Shown: in pieces, positions 8,273-18,253 of the stretch
Layout: every line of letters starts with the position of its first letter
Position numbering within the stretch: the stretch's first letter is position 1
Source: Candidatus Sulfotelmatobacter sp.
GTDB lineage: Bacteria > Acidobacteriota > Terriglobia > Terriglobales > Acidobacteriaceae
DNA: 64,000 nucleotides
Reading direction: 5' to 3'
Assembly: GCA_052148475.1 (NCBI GenBank)
Contig: JBKQID010000065.1
Location: forward strand, 10,246 to 74,245
The notes under the pieces: model-generated
The model's database searches: none
Told to the model about the DNA's origin: nothing
Seen by the model: only the letters and a program-made list of their open reading frames with translations
Position numbers and translations under genes: made by a program

Positions 8273-9570
8273 AGATCGCGCTCATCACCTCGTTTCCGCC
8301 GAGCCGCCACGCGCTCAATGAATATGGCTTCCATTTGGCGGAGCAACTCCGTCAAGAGCGAGGGGTGGAGCTGACGGTGTTGGGAGATTATCTCCCCATA
8401 CCTGCCGATGAACTGCCCGGCTTTGCGGTCAATCGTTGTTGGGGTTTCGGAAAGCCCGGCAACGTAGCCACTCTGCTACGCGCAATCCGGAGCGTGAAAC
8501 CTGATGTAGCCTGGTTCAATGTCGGATTCGCCAGCTTCGGCGCCCGTCCGCTGTCGGCGATGCTCGGTCTCTTGACGCCGGCTGCGGCGCGACTGCACGG
8601 AGTGTACTCGCACGTTACGCTGCACCAGTTGTTCGAGACGGTCGACATGGAGGACGCGGCCGTTGCCTCGCCCCGGCTGTACCGCGCGGGCGGCTGGCTG
8701 GCAACGCATCTACTGCTGAGCGCGAACTCGCTCTCCGTACTGCTGCCCGCTTATCGTCGGACTTTGGACGAGAAGTACCGGCGCGGCCGGGTCGGCGTGC
8801 GGTCGCATGGGATCTTTGCCGGGAGGCCGGACGCTCCAGACTTTACAAGGCGTGGAAACCCGATTCACCGCATTCTTGCGTTTGGAAAGTGGGGGACGTA
8901 CAAGCGTCTCGAGTTGCTGATCGAAGCGTTCAATCGGGTGGCAACGCAATTCCCCAATGTGCGACTGATCATCGGTGGCAGCGATCATCCGAGAACTCCA
9001 GGCTACGTGCAGTCGATGGCGGCGCGCCATGCAAGCGAGCGGATTCGTTTTCTGGGCTATGTACCCGAGGAGTCCATTGCCGATCTGTTTCGTGAGGCAA
9101 GCCTGGCGGTAATGCCGTACACATCGTCCGCCGGCTCGAGCGGCGTGGCGCACCTTGCGGCGCAGTACGGCGTCCCGGTGATCGCCTCCGGCATTCAGGA
9201 CTTCCGGGAGCTCGCGGAGCATGAGGGGATTGCCATGCGGTTCTTCGAGCCAGGCGATGGGGACAGCCTGGTCGAGCAAATGCTAACGGCCTTGAATTCT
9301 CCGAATGAGCTGAAAGAGATGGCGTGGCGGAGTTACGCGGCTGGCGTGGCCATGAGCATGCCGCTTGTGGTGCGAGAGTACATCAGGACCTTCCGCCAGC
9401 AGGAGCGCATCAAGATCCTGCAATTGGTGGCCGGTTTGCGTCGCGCCGGGCGACTCCAAGAGCCGAGCGAGTTGGCCCGCGCGGCTGGGGAAAAAATTCA
9501 AAAGTGGCAGGACGAAGACCAAATCGTCGCTTTCGCTGCTGAGTCTGCCGAGCATCCCGCTGCGGCATAA
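8269..9570 (+). CDS. GT-B glycosyltransferase (GT4-like)
   Basis: The start overlaps the GT2 stop by 4 nt. The C-terminal half (FLGYVPEESIADLFREASLAVMPYTSSAGSSGVAHLAAQYGVPVIAS) fits the Glycos_transf_1 pattern. Confidence 0.8.
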   Translation: MKIALITSFPPSRHALNEYGFHLAEQLRQERGVELTVLGDYLPIPADELPGFAVNRCWGFGKPGNVATLLRAIRSVKPDVAWFNVGFASFGARPLSAMLGLLTPAAARLHGVYSHVTLHQLFETVDMEDAAVASPRLYRAGGWLATHLLLSANSLSVLLPAYRRTLDEKYRRGRVGVRSHGIFAGRPDAPDFTRRGNPIHRILAFGKWGTYKRLELLIEAFNRVATQFPNVRLIIGGSDHPRTPGYVQSMAARHASERIRFLGYVPEESIADLFREASLAVMPYTSSAGSSGVAHLAAQYGVPVIASGIQDFRELAEHEGIAMRFFEPGDGDSLVEQMLTALNSPNELKEMAWRSYAAGVAMSMPLVVREYIRTFRQQERIKILQLVAGLRRAGRLQEPSELARAAGEKIQKWQDEDQIVAFAAESAEHPAAA

Positions 9571-9683
9571 TCAACCTTTGAAATCACGCGCACTGTGGTG
9601 CAGGCGTCATCTCCCGTATCTATTCCTGGTCTGGACCCTGGGGTTATGAGTTCGGGGGATTGTGAGTTCGGAGGTTGGGAATT

Positions 9684-10952
9684 CTAGGGCTGCGGGTTCT
9701 GCGGTTGCGGGGAATCTACGGGCGGCGGGCTTGGCATCGGATTTCGGTTCTGTTCGGTGTCCGGAGGTGGCAAGGCTGGAAGAGCCGGGGCCTGCATTGC
9801 AATCGGAGGCACGGGCGTCGCATCCAGCTCACTGTTCGCAGAGACCGTGTCGCGACGCTTGAGTTCGATGGGTCTTTTTGCGTGTCGTTTCTGCTCTTGA
9901 ATCGCCTTTAGTGTGGCCTCAACATCGGATTGGTTATCGTCGGCCAGGTTGTCGATTTTCTGTCCCTCGGCGTCGCGGCGCGTGGCATAGCTCACGCGGG
10001 CGTTCGCATCCCGGCCGGAGCGTGCTGCTTCGTAATACATTTCGGCGCTTTCCCGGTCGCCCGCTTCCTCGGCGAGGTAACCCAGGTTGTTGAGGGTGAA
10101 TGCATTTTGTGCGTCCTTTTGATACGCCTGCAAGAAGAACTCCCGCGCAACCAGCGGGTGGTTGTCATTCAGGGCCGCCACTCCACGCAGATTGAGGCGA
10201 GCGGTGGTTGCCTCAAGACCTTCGCCGCGGGCGATTTGCTCGCTGACAGCCGCGGCGTTTCCCGCGGCTACCTCGCTGATCGGCCGGCCGCGCCACTTCA
10301 CGCGCGGAGTCACTACAACACGCTGCTTCGAATGCAGGCTGGCCGCCGCGGAATAACACCGGAGTGCGCCCTCGGTGTCTCCTACGGCCTCCAGCGCATA
10401 GCCGAGATTGTTTAGCAGGAACGGATCTTGGGGATGGCGTGGCAGGGCGGACTCCAGCAAGTTCCTGGCTTCAAACACGTGGCCTTGTTGAGCCAGCACG
10501 ATCGCACGCTCGTTGATCCGGTTCACTTCCTGATCAGAATCCTGCACCCGCCGGAATGCCTCGTCCAGCGGCTTGCCTTTGAGGGCTGCTTCGCTGGACT
10601 GGTCGATCACCGCGTCCGTACGGTCTCGCGCCGCCAGCGCGTAATAGCGCAGGGCTCGATCGGCATCGCCATCCAATTCGGCGACATAGCCGAGATTATT
10701 CAGGGTGAACGGATCATCCGGATCGAGCAGGTAAGCCCTGTAGAAGAGTCGCGTGGCCTTTTTTTGATGGCCGCGTTTGAGTTCGGCAACGCCCTCACGG
10801 TTGAGCTTCTGGGTGGGCGTAGATACGCTGCGCCGCGGGAGGGGGACTTTCAAATCACCGGCGAACCCCTGGCTAGTCCCGGCGAGAAGGTGCATCGCCA
10901 GCAAAACCGGAATCGCAGCCAGCGTTCTCACTTTGCTCAAATTCATTTTCAT
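9684..10952 (-). CDS. Secreted TPR-repeat protein with a Pro-rich C-terminal tail
   Basis: The signal peptide is MKMNLSKVRTLAAIPVLLAMHLLAG. The TPR signature (DP)F.LNNLGY.AE..GD...A...Y recurs at least four times. Confidence 0.8.
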   Translation of the reverse strand: MKMNLSKVRTLAAIPVLLAMHLLAGTSQGFAGDLKVPLPRRSVSTPTQKLNREGVAELKRGHQKKATRLFYRAYLLDPDDPFTLNNLGYVAELDGDADRALRYYALAARDRTDAVIDQSSEAALKGKPLDEAFRRVQDSDQEVNRINERAIVLAQQGHVFEARNLLESALPRHPQDPFLLNNLGYALEAVGDTEGALRCYSAAASLHSKQRVVVTPRVKWRGRPISEVAAGNAAAVSEQIARGEGLEATTARLNLRGVAALNDNHPLVAREFFLQAYQKDAQNAFTLNNLGYLAEEAGDRESAEMYYEAARSGRDANARVSYATRRDAEGQKIDNLADDNQSDVEATLKAIQEQKRHAKRPIELKRRDTVSANSELDATPVPPIAMQAPALPALPPPDTEQNRNPMPSPPPVDSPQPQNPQP

Positions 10953-11060
10953 TGTGCTGTCGACACTATGATGTCGGAGAGCCTGCGATCGGTTGGACTA
11001 CGGCAAATACCCGATACTGAAGGCCCATCCGAGATCAGCCCATTTAGCATCCAAGGAACG

Positions 11061-11924
11061 ATGCCAAAGTTCCTATGGACGATGCTCTTAATGGCCGGCT
11101 GCGCGCAGGGGCAGGTTGCCGCGCCCGCTCCATCTCGCGCCACATCCCCCCCCACGTCAGACGGAACCGGCGCGCAGCCAGTGGCTGTGATCGCAGACGA
11201 CCTGTCCTCAGCGCACACGCTCGGTGGCAAGGTGGGTCTGGTGCGCGGCGTACTGAAGCGACTGGATCCGATCCACGATCAGCTGTTGATTCACGCATTC
11301 GGGGGGGGCGATATCCGGATTGCCTTCGATGCGCGGACTCAACTTCTTCCCGACAATGCGGGCGCACGTTTGATCGGCATTCCCCCTGGATCTGTGGTGT
11401 CCGTTGACACCGTCATTGACCAGGGAAAGCTGTTTGCGCGCTCGGTGCGATCCGGCTCATCCGAAGCGGTTGAGTTGAATGGGCAGGTCGTGCGATACGA
11501 CGCAGCGAAGTCCCAGCTGACCTTGCGCGATCCCATGAGCCCGCAAAATATTTCGCTGCACATTACTCCGAGGACGATAGTTGTCAACCGGGGTCAGTCC
11601 GCCTCGCCGCAGGCTTTGGCTCCGGGCATGCTGGTGCGGGTGCAGTTCTCTCCGAAACAGAAGGCGGCGACCGATGTTGAGATTCTCGCCGAACCCGGGA
11701 GCTCTTTTACTTTTGAGGGGCGAATCGTCTCGGTAGATCTGCGCTCGCGTGTGCTTGCCCTGTCGAACGATTCTGACCAGAGCGTTCGCGAACTCGACAT
11801 CGGCTCGCTCGGTCCCACCGGCATGAGTCTCTTGCGAGAAGGCGCTGACGTCAGTATTCAGGCCGAGTTCGACGGAGACCGCTATAACGTCCGCACTGTC
11901 GCCCTCGTGTCGCCCAATCCGTGA
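11061..11924 (+). CDS. Secreted or lipoprotein with three tandem OB/beta-barrel-like repeats (DUF5666-like pattern)
   Basis: The start is an internal ATG at 11061 in ORF 10428..11924; the upstream part of that ORF is antisense to the TPR gene. The N-terminus is MPKFLWTMLLMAGC-AQG. Three repeats of about 75 aa follow the pattern G.V..hD.....L.h....h.h...T.h......L.PG..V.V. Confidence 0.6.
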   Translation: MPKFLWTMLLMAGCAQGQVAAPAPSRATSPPTSDGTGAQPVAVIADDLSSAHTLGGKVGLVRGVLKRLDPIHDQLLIHAFGGGDIRIAFDARTQLLPDNAGARLIGIPPGSVVSVDTVIDQGKLFARSVRSGSSEAVELNGQVVRYDAAKSQLTLRDPMSPQNISLHITPRTIVVNRGQSASPQALAPGMLVRVQFSPKQKAATDVEILAEPGSSFTFEGRIVSVDLRSRVLALSNDSDQSVRELDIGSLGPTGMSLLREGADVSIQAEFDGDRYNVRTVALVSPNP

Positions 11925-11963
11925 GGCTCTCGTTACTCCCCGCAGTCTGCTTCCCGCAGGCTT

Positions 11964-13973
11964 TCAGGGCATCTCGATCTCGGCGAGTTTCTCCCGCAGG
12001 GATCGCGCAATGAAGAAATCTCCATCGCGGAACATGTAACGGACCGTGTGCCGAGCATAGCGCGTCAGGCTTCGCAGGTCAGTCTTGTGCCAACAACACA
12101 AGTTCATATTGGGAGACAAGCCGCAATAGAAACGGAAGCGCTGGTGCGCCGATTCAGGCATCGTCAGCATGGCCGCCGCCATGCGGTGATTTCCCTCGAT
12201 AATCGTGAGCGGGTGATACTCGTCGATGCCGATCAGCAATACGGCATCCGGCACATCGCTCCTGCGGAGATCGATTGCGATCGCCCCGAGCTTTGTCAGA
12301 AACCGACTCTGCCGCCCGCCAGCCAGTTCCGTTTCGATGCGGCCGATCATTTCTGTCAGGTAGAATCCGCCTCCTGCAAAGCGTCTCCACTCGTTACGCG
12401 GGAATAAGCGCAGTCGCGCCAGGTCACGCGAAGTCAGCTCAATCTCCCACCACTCCGTATCCGCGGGCAGTTCGCGCCACAGCCGTCCTCGACGGCGGAA
12501 CAGCAACGCGCGTCGAATGAAGTTTTCATGGGGATGGTCTAGGTCGGCCTGTTCCACGAGGTGCTTGAAGTCACGGCGATATGGATCAAACTCGGAGTGA
12601 TAGAACTCACCCCGCAAGAATTCCGCGACGATCTCTTCCTCCGGCACGGGCCGCAGGCGCAGCAGAGGTTCTGAAGTCACCGGACCGTGCCCCGGACTGG
12701 GTTCTGATTCGTCGCGCTCACGAAAGAGCTGGGTGGTGACGACCACCAGCAATCCGCACATCACGAACATCTGCACCAGAATTACCTGGGACAAGGAATC
12801 GTGATAACGCCAGATCGCTCCGGTCAGTAAGATGCTCGCCCCCAACTGCACCCAGGCCGCGGTGCCGATGCGCCGCGAGATCTCATACATCATGACCACG
12901 ACTGCAATGCAATAGATTCCGGTCATGACCGCATACTCGGTCAAGAGTGTGGAGAACGACGCAGTACCCAGCAGGAACGGTTTTCCCAGCAGCATGGTCC
13001 ATACGGCTTGCGGCGCCAGCGCCACCGCTGCGATGAATACTGAAGTGACCGTTCCCACAAGGAGCAACCCCGTGTAGAGCACGGAGCGCCCGCCTCGGTG
13101 ATGATTATGACTCGCCGATATCGGAAACATGCTACTGACAACTGACCACGACAACATGAAGACCACGCGCCCCACCAGAGCTATGGCCGCATAGATTCCC
13201 GCTTCTGACGGCGGGAAGAAATGCTTCACCAGCAAGATATCGAGGTTACTGAGAATCACCTGCCCGATGAAGTACAGCACGGCCTGCATCCCTTCGCCAA
13301 AAGGGGCAATCTTGATCAGTCCCGGCGTCGACCGGTACTCAGCCCCCGGCGTAGCGACGAGGTACGCTGCGACGATGGAGAGCAGCACTGCCGTCATCAC
13401 ACCGGTCACGCCCATCCTGTAATGCAGGAAGAGTAGGGCGGCGCCTAACTTAACCGTTACCTCCACGACCACATTAAGGGCGAGACCGCGGAAGTTGTAA
13501 CAGCCCTGCATCTTTCCGCGACGCACCCCCAGCGGGATATACACTCCAGCCGCGAAGGCCAGCAACACCAGGTCACCCTGCGCAGGCAGATTGAAATACG
13601 ACTTGAGGTAGGCGCTGCCAGCGGCGAGCAGCACGGCAACCCCCAAGCCGACCTGCCAGGCGCGGCGCAGCATGGTTGCATAGATTTGCGCGCGGACAAC
13701 GGTCTCTGAGGTCCGAGCGATGAACTTTGACGTTATGATCTGGAACGATAAAGTGATGGCCGTGACCAGCATGAGCAGCGTATACAAAGCGGAGGCGTGG
13801 CCGAAGCTCGATGCACCTAGCATGCGCGCGATCAGGATGTTGTAGAGCAGGTTGGTGGCGGCCACCAGTCCGGTGCTCAGCAACAAGATGGCGCTGCCCC
13901 GCACTACGCGCCCACGCAAGACCTCGTGGTCACCTAGTATTGTGGTCACTTGCGAAGCTGGAAGCGTCGTCAT
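11964..13973 (-). CDS. Wzx/MOP-type polysaccharide flippase fused to a C-terminal cytoplasmic domain of about 230 aa and unknown function
   Basis: The start is set at ATG 13973 (MTTLPAS...) because the longer ORF extending to 14258 would overlap the upstream gene that ends at 14039. The N-terminal part has about 12-14 hydrophobic helices and an N-terminus typical of oligosaccharide flippases (RGSAILLLSTGLVAATNLLYNILIARMLG). The C-terminal soluble domain contains LTIIEGNHRMAAAML. Confidence 0.75.
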   Translation of the reverse strand: MTTLPASQVTTILGDHEVLRGRVVRGSAILLLSTGLVAATNLLYNILIARMLGASSFGHASALYTLLMLVTAITLSFQIITSKFIARTSETVVRAQIYATMLRRAWQVGLGVAVLLAAGSAYLKSYFNLPAQGDLVLLAFAAGVYIPLGVRRGKMQGCYNFRGLALNVVVEVTVKLGAALLFLHYRMGVTGVMTAVLLSIVAAYLVATPGAEYRSTPGLIKIAPFGEGMQAVLYFIGQVILSNLDILLVKHFFPPSEAGIYAAIALVGRVVFMLSWSVVSSMFPISASHNHHRGGRSVLYTGLLLVGTVTSVFIAAVALAPQAVWTMLLGKPFLLGTASFSTLLTEYAVMTGIYCIAVVVMMYEISRRIGTAAWVQLGASILLTGAIWRYHDSLSQVILVQMFVMCGLLVVVTTQLFRERDESEPSPGHGPVTSEPLLRLRPVPEEEIVAEFLRGEFYHSEFDPYRRDFKHLVEQADLDHPHENFIRRALLFRRRGRLWRELPADTEWWEIELTSRDLARLRLFPRNEWRRFAGGGFYLTEMIGRIETELAGGRQSRFLTKLGAIAIDLRRSDVPDAVLLIGIDEYHPLTIIEGNHRMAAAMLTMPESAHQRFRFYCGLSPNMNLCCWHKTDLRSLTRYARHTVRYMFRDGDFFIARSLREKLAEIEMP

Positions 13974-14038
13974 ACCGAGTTTGGTCTCATGGCAGTAGGC
14001 GCGCGGTGTGGAAACGGAATGCGTCAAAAAGCAATGCG

Positions 14039-17000
14039 TCAAAAAGTGAATCGTGCCTCCGGAACGACTTGGGTATGGCTGTGTCCGGGGAAATCGTAAA
14101 AGCTTTGCTGGGCCAGGCCGAAAGAAAACCTGACGGGATAAGCGAGAGAAGCCGTCTCCGAGCCTAGGCTCCCGCCCCAGCCCCGTTCGTGCGTGTAAGA
14201 GAGTAGGACACTCGAGGACACATTGTCGTACGCGTGAAAGCTGCGCCCGGAAGACCACGCGCCCGAGGCGGACAGCGTCCAGTGCGAATTCAGTTCAGCG
14301 TCAAAGCCAAAGCGCGGACGAAGAGTTTGCGCGATGGCATATTCATTGCCTTCGATTCGCCACGCCCGCAGAAACTCCGCGATCGCCGACGCGCGGATGC
14401 GGGAACCGAACCGATGTTCGAAGCCGGCATAGGAAATCGTCTGGTAATACTGATTTGGCGATGGCCCGAAGAGCAGATCAACCGCGTTCCACCCGGTCAG
14501 CAGCGCGGTGTGGCCCCAAGGGCGGCCCAGGCGAAAATCGAGAGCACCCGAAGTTTGCCGCGAGTGCAGAGACTGCTCGGTGAATGGGCCCGCTTCGCGG
14601 ATCAAATTGCCGGAGACCGAAAGCCAATTACCGATCGGGCTGCTGGTTAGGTAAACAAACTGGCGAAACAGATTCTGATCCATGGCCGCCGGCGCAAGCG
14701 TGTCGCGCCGGATCGTGTACTGCAGTCCGGGCAAGATGTTCAGCTTCACGTTGCCCAATTGCACAACCGGAGCCACGGAAACATTGAAGATGGTGTCGAA
14801 CGTATTGCGATCCTGAATCAGAAGCTCACTCGGAAATGAAAAGCTACCCTGAGCACTACGCTCGGCTACGAAGCCTTGAATCGTCGGAAACGAGTCCGGC
14901 CGGAATTGAAAGCGTGAGTCGGCGAAGGTCTCGATCGAGCGCCGCGGGGGTGGCAACAAGGCTCCGGCTTTTTGCACGCCGAGCAAGCGAGCGTCGAGTT
15001 GATAGATATTTTCATCCTCAAACAATGGACTGACCCGCGCGTCGGAGCCCATGCCCATGCGATCGGTGATGGGACGACCTTCTTCTTCGGCCAGTTCGAT
15101 TTCCGCGGTGCGGAGGGCTGGGTTCTGAGGAGCCAGTTGGTTGGCGAGGCCGAAGGTCGCGAGTGCGCGATCGTCCTGGCCGCGCTGCCGGTAGACGTTG
15201 CCCTGGGCGACCAGGAAGTCAAAGTTGTTGTTGCGCTCCGGATCGTCGCGCAGGCTGGCCAATTGCAATTCCGCGCTACGCGTGTCGCCCAAGGCCAGCG
15301 ACACATTTGCCATACCCACCGCCACTGAGGTGTCATCTGCGCCCAGCGCTTGTGCGCGCCCATACATCTGCTGTGCCAGGGGATACTCGTGGATGCTCAT
15401 CAAAATGTCGGCTGCATTCAGGTAGTCATCCGCGGAAGTCACGTCGGTGGACGCGACGCGCGCCTCGGCAAAGCCGAGTGCCACTTGTTGTTGTGCGTCC
15501 GATGTCTTGCCCTCTTCGGCAAACAGCCGGCCCAAGGCCAGGCGGACCTGGAGACGATCGTCGTCAGAACTTTCCAGCGCCCGCGTGTACCTGGTCATGG
15601 CCTGGTCGCGACGGCCCAGAATGCGCAGGGCGTCGGCAGTCACGAGCAGAACCTTGTAATCCGTCCCGCCGGCGCGCTCCGCGGAATCGATTGCCTGCGC
15701 GGCGTCGGCCAACCGGCTGAGCCGCGCATAGCATCTTGCAAGCTGCGCCGAAATCATCGCATTGTTCGACACGGGATCGTTCGGCACGACCGCGAGCGCA
15801 TCGTGTAAAGTGTCTGCCGCGTTTGCATATCGATGCGCCCGGTACTGCACGTCGGCCAGTGCGATGTAGGAGGTCGGATCATTCGGATTCAGTTTCAAAG
15901 CTTTCCGGTACTCGCCTTCTGCACGAGCCAGCATGGCTCGCTGGCGGTAGGCCTCCGCTTTGACCAGATGCAGGCTCTCTGAGTCGGGAAGTAAACGGGT
16001 TGCGACTTCAGACTCTTTCAGGGCTGCCGTGGAGCGCCGCAACTGGAGCAGGGCGTAGGCAAGTCCGAGGTGGGCTTCGCCGTACTGTGGATTCAGCGCC
16101 AGGGCCTTACGGAAGTCCTGCTCAGCCTTCGTAGCCAAGCGCATGTCGTTGTACACATAGCCGCGGTTCATATAACCCACCGCCATCGTGGGATCGATCT
16201 CGAGTGCGCGCGTGAAATCGTGGACGGCCGCCGCGTATTCGTTGTGGTCGGCGTGTACATACCCCGAGATCAGAGGCAGGTCGCGATCCTCCTGAAAAAC
16301 GGGTTGAAAGCGGTCAACGATCTTCATCGCCTCATCGCGGCGCTTCAGAAAGAGGAGGTCATACGCAAGATAGTCGACCGCCTCGCGATCGTTCGGAAGC
16401 TTCTGGATCACCTGGTAGCCGAGATCCGCCGACTCCGCGTAGTTTCCGATCATCGTCAAGTAGCGCTCATGCTCCCGCATGACTTGCGGGTCTTGTCGCA
16501 CCTCCTCCGCCGCGCGCGCGAGCCACTCCTTGGCTTGGGCGGGATGGTGGGCTTCGAGGGCCGCATTCATCGCACCGGAAACAATCAGCGGATGGTTCGG
16601 CGATTTCTGGAAGGCCAACTCGTAACTTTCTTGAGCTTCCGCAAATTGACGGTTCGCGCTGTACAAATCGCCGAGGGCCAAATAGGGCACGTAGTCGTCG
16701 GAATGTTCTTTCGCAAATTCCAGAAAGTAGCCGCGGGCCGCCGCGGTGTCGCCCATCTCGCGCGACAGGAAGCCGAGCGAGCCCAGTGCGCCCCCATTCG
16801 ATGAATCGATGGCCAGCGCCTGGAGGTAGGTCTGGCGGGCTTCATCCTTGCGCTCCGTTTTCCAGAGAAGATTCGCGTAATTGAGAAGCAAAATGCCGTT
16901 GCGAGGCTCAAGTCGGAGGGCTTCCTTCAAATCTGTTTCCGCGGAATCGACATCGCCTCCGGCGACTTCAGTCGCAGCGCGCAGGCGCAAGAACTCGGGC

Positions 17001-18253
17001 CGAGAGCGGCCTGCCACGTCAAGGGTATGGATGGCGTTGGCCGCGTCTTTGGTGACGCGTTCTGCGTTCGTCGTGTCTCCGGCATCGCGGTATATCTGGG
17101 CAAGATCGACGCGCAACGAGATCGGATAGAGAACTCCTTCAGGCACACCTTCGGGCAATTGCTGCAGCGCCGCCTCGTATTCGCGGATCGCATTCTCGCT
17201 CCGATGCTGGCTCGTGTCGAGCCTTCCCCGCAAGGCATGCACCCGGTAGTGATCGGGATTCAGCGTTGCGGCCTGATTCAGGAGGGCCGCGGCTTTGTCG
17301 AGCTCCCCGTCATTGAGCATGGCTTGCGCGGCATTGAGTTGGATCTCAATGTCCCGCGGAGCCCGGCTTGCGGCCGCGCCATAATTGCGCGCCGCCGCGC
17401 GTGCGTTGCCGGCCAGCGCGTAGGAGTATCCCAGTTCGGCGAGCGTGCCCACGTCTTTCGCGTGTAAGTCTTCCAGCATGCGGATCGCCGTCTCGTACTG
17501 GCCCGTGTCGCGGTAGTAAGACGCAACCGCTCGCAGCACATCGGGATTCGTCGGTGCCGAATGGCGCGCTCGCTCCAACATCTTGTGGGCAGACTCTCCA
17601 TCTCCGATTCGATCATAGGCGCGGGCCAACAGAAGTTCGGTTCGCGCCGATGACTTCACAGCTTCGGAGTGTTGCAGATAGTCAACTGCTCGTTTGGGAT
17701 CGGTTGGCAACAGCAGTTCGCCCGCGAGCTGAAGGTCCACGTCACTCTTAGGATTCGCGGCCAGAGCCTCTTCCAGCGTTTGCTGCGCCTCCGCGGTGCG
17801 CCCCATCCGGGCGTAGGTTTGCGCCAGACCGGAAAGCCCCTCGACCGAAGATGGCTTCAGCGCGAGACCGCGGCGATAGGCATCGACAGAAAGCGAATAC
17901 TGTCCGCTGAGTCGCGCTGCGTAAGCCAGCGTAAACCAGAGATCGGGATTCTGCGGAGCGGCGTTAACCGCGCGCTGAGCATGCGCCGTCGCGTCTCGCG
18001 AGTCGCCGTGTTGCAGCGCGGTCTGCGCGGCTCGGGCCTCGCGCGCCACCTCGATGCTTGCGCCCCAACCCATTCCGGTCTGGTCACTTGTGGTTTGCGC
18101 GGGTCGCTTTTTCGAAGGCGCGGACGAAGTCGAAGTGGAAGAGGTTTGGCCGTTCACATCAAAGGTTTGGGCAGCACTGGCAGTGGCCGCGATTAGGACG
18201 GCAAGCCGCACCGAGCTCCTGAACACCAAACTTCTGAACGCTGAGACCACCAT
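14039..18253 (-). CDS. Giant TPR protein with a C-terminal outer-membrane beta-barrel (BcsC/PgaA/PelB-class polysaccharide export porin architecture)
   Basis: The protein is 1404 aa with a signal peptide (LAVLIAATASAAQT). About 1000 aa form a TPR array. The last 340 aa or so show an alternating beta-strand pattern and end in ...VVPEARFTF, an aromatic terminus typical of OM barrels. Confidence 0.85.
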   Translation of the reverse strand: MVVSAFRSLVFRSSVRLAVLIAATASAAQTFDVNGQTSSTSTSSAPSKKRPAQTTSDQTGMGWGASIEVAREARAAQTALQHGDSRDATAHAQRAVNAAPQNPDLWFTLAYAARLSGQYSLSVDAYRRGLALKPSSVEGLSGLAQTYARMGRTAEAQQTLEEALAANPKSDVDLQLAGELLLPTDPKRAVDYLQHSEAVKSSARTELLLARAYDRIGDGESAHKMLERARHSAPTNPDVLRAVASYYRDTGQYETAIRMLEDLHAKDVGTLAELGYSYALAGNARAAARNYGAAASRAPRDIEIQLNAAQAMLNDGELDKAAALLNQAATLNPDHYRVHALRGRLDTSQHRSENAIREYEAALQQLPEGVPEGVLYPISLRVDLAQIYRDAGDTTNAERVTKDAANAIHTLDVAGRSRPEFLRLRAATEVAGGDVDSAETDLKEALRLEPRNGILLLNYANLLWKTERKDEARQTYLQALAIDSSNGGALGSLGFLSREMGDTAAARGYFLEFAKEHSDDYVPYLALGDLYSANRQFAEAQESYELAFQKSPNHPLIVSGAMNAALEAHHPAQAKEWLARAAEEVRQDPQVMREHERYLTMIGNYAESADLGYQVIQKLPNDREAVDYLAYDLLFLKRRDEAMKIVDRFQPVFQEDRDLPLISGYVHADHNEYAAAVHDFTRALEIDPTMAVGYMNRGYVYNDMRLATKAEQDFRKALALNPQYGEAHLGLAYALLQLRRSTAALKESEVATRLLPDSESLHLVKAEAYRQRAMLARAEGEYRKALKLNPNDPTSYIALADVQYRAHRYANAADTLHDALAVVPNDPVSNNAMISAQLARCYARLSRLADAAQAIDSAERAGGTDYKVLLVTADALRILGRRDQAMTRYTRALESSDDDRLQVRLALGRLFAEEGKTSDAQQQVALGFAEARVASTDVTSADDYLNAADILMSIHEYPLAQQMYGRAQALGADDTSVAVGMANVSLALGDTRSAELQLASLRDDPERNNNFDFLVAQGNVYRQRGQDDRALATFGLANQLAPQNPALRTAEIELAEEEGRPITDRMGMGSDARVSPLFEDENIYQLDARLLGVQKAGALLPPPRRSIETFADSRFQFRPDSFPTIQGFVAERSAQGSFSFPSELLIQDRNTFDTIFNVSVAPVVQLGNVKLNILPGLQYTIRRDTLAPAAMDQNLFRQFVYLTSSPIGNWLSVSGNLIREAGPFTEQSLHSRQTSGALDFRLGRPWGHTALLTGWNAVDLLFGPSPNQYYQTISYAGFEHRFGSRIRASAIAEFLRAWRIEGNEYAIAQTLRPRFGFDAELNSHWTLSASGAWSSGRSFHAYDNVSSSVLLSYTHERGWGGSLGSETASLAYPVRFSFGLAQQSFYDFPGHSHTQVVPEARFTF

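Noticed and set aside
10428-11060. The upstream 211 codons of ORF 10428..11924.
   Set aside because: This stretch is antisense to the TPR gene 9684..10952. The ATG at 11061 yields a proper signal/lipobox N-terminus.
13974-14258. An N-terminal extension of 95 codons on the flippase ORF (11964..14258 in the track).
   Set aside because: It would overlap the 3' end of the 1404-aa TPR-barrel gene (stop at 14039) and encodes Arg/Pro-rich junk. ATG 13973 gives a typical flippase N-terminus.
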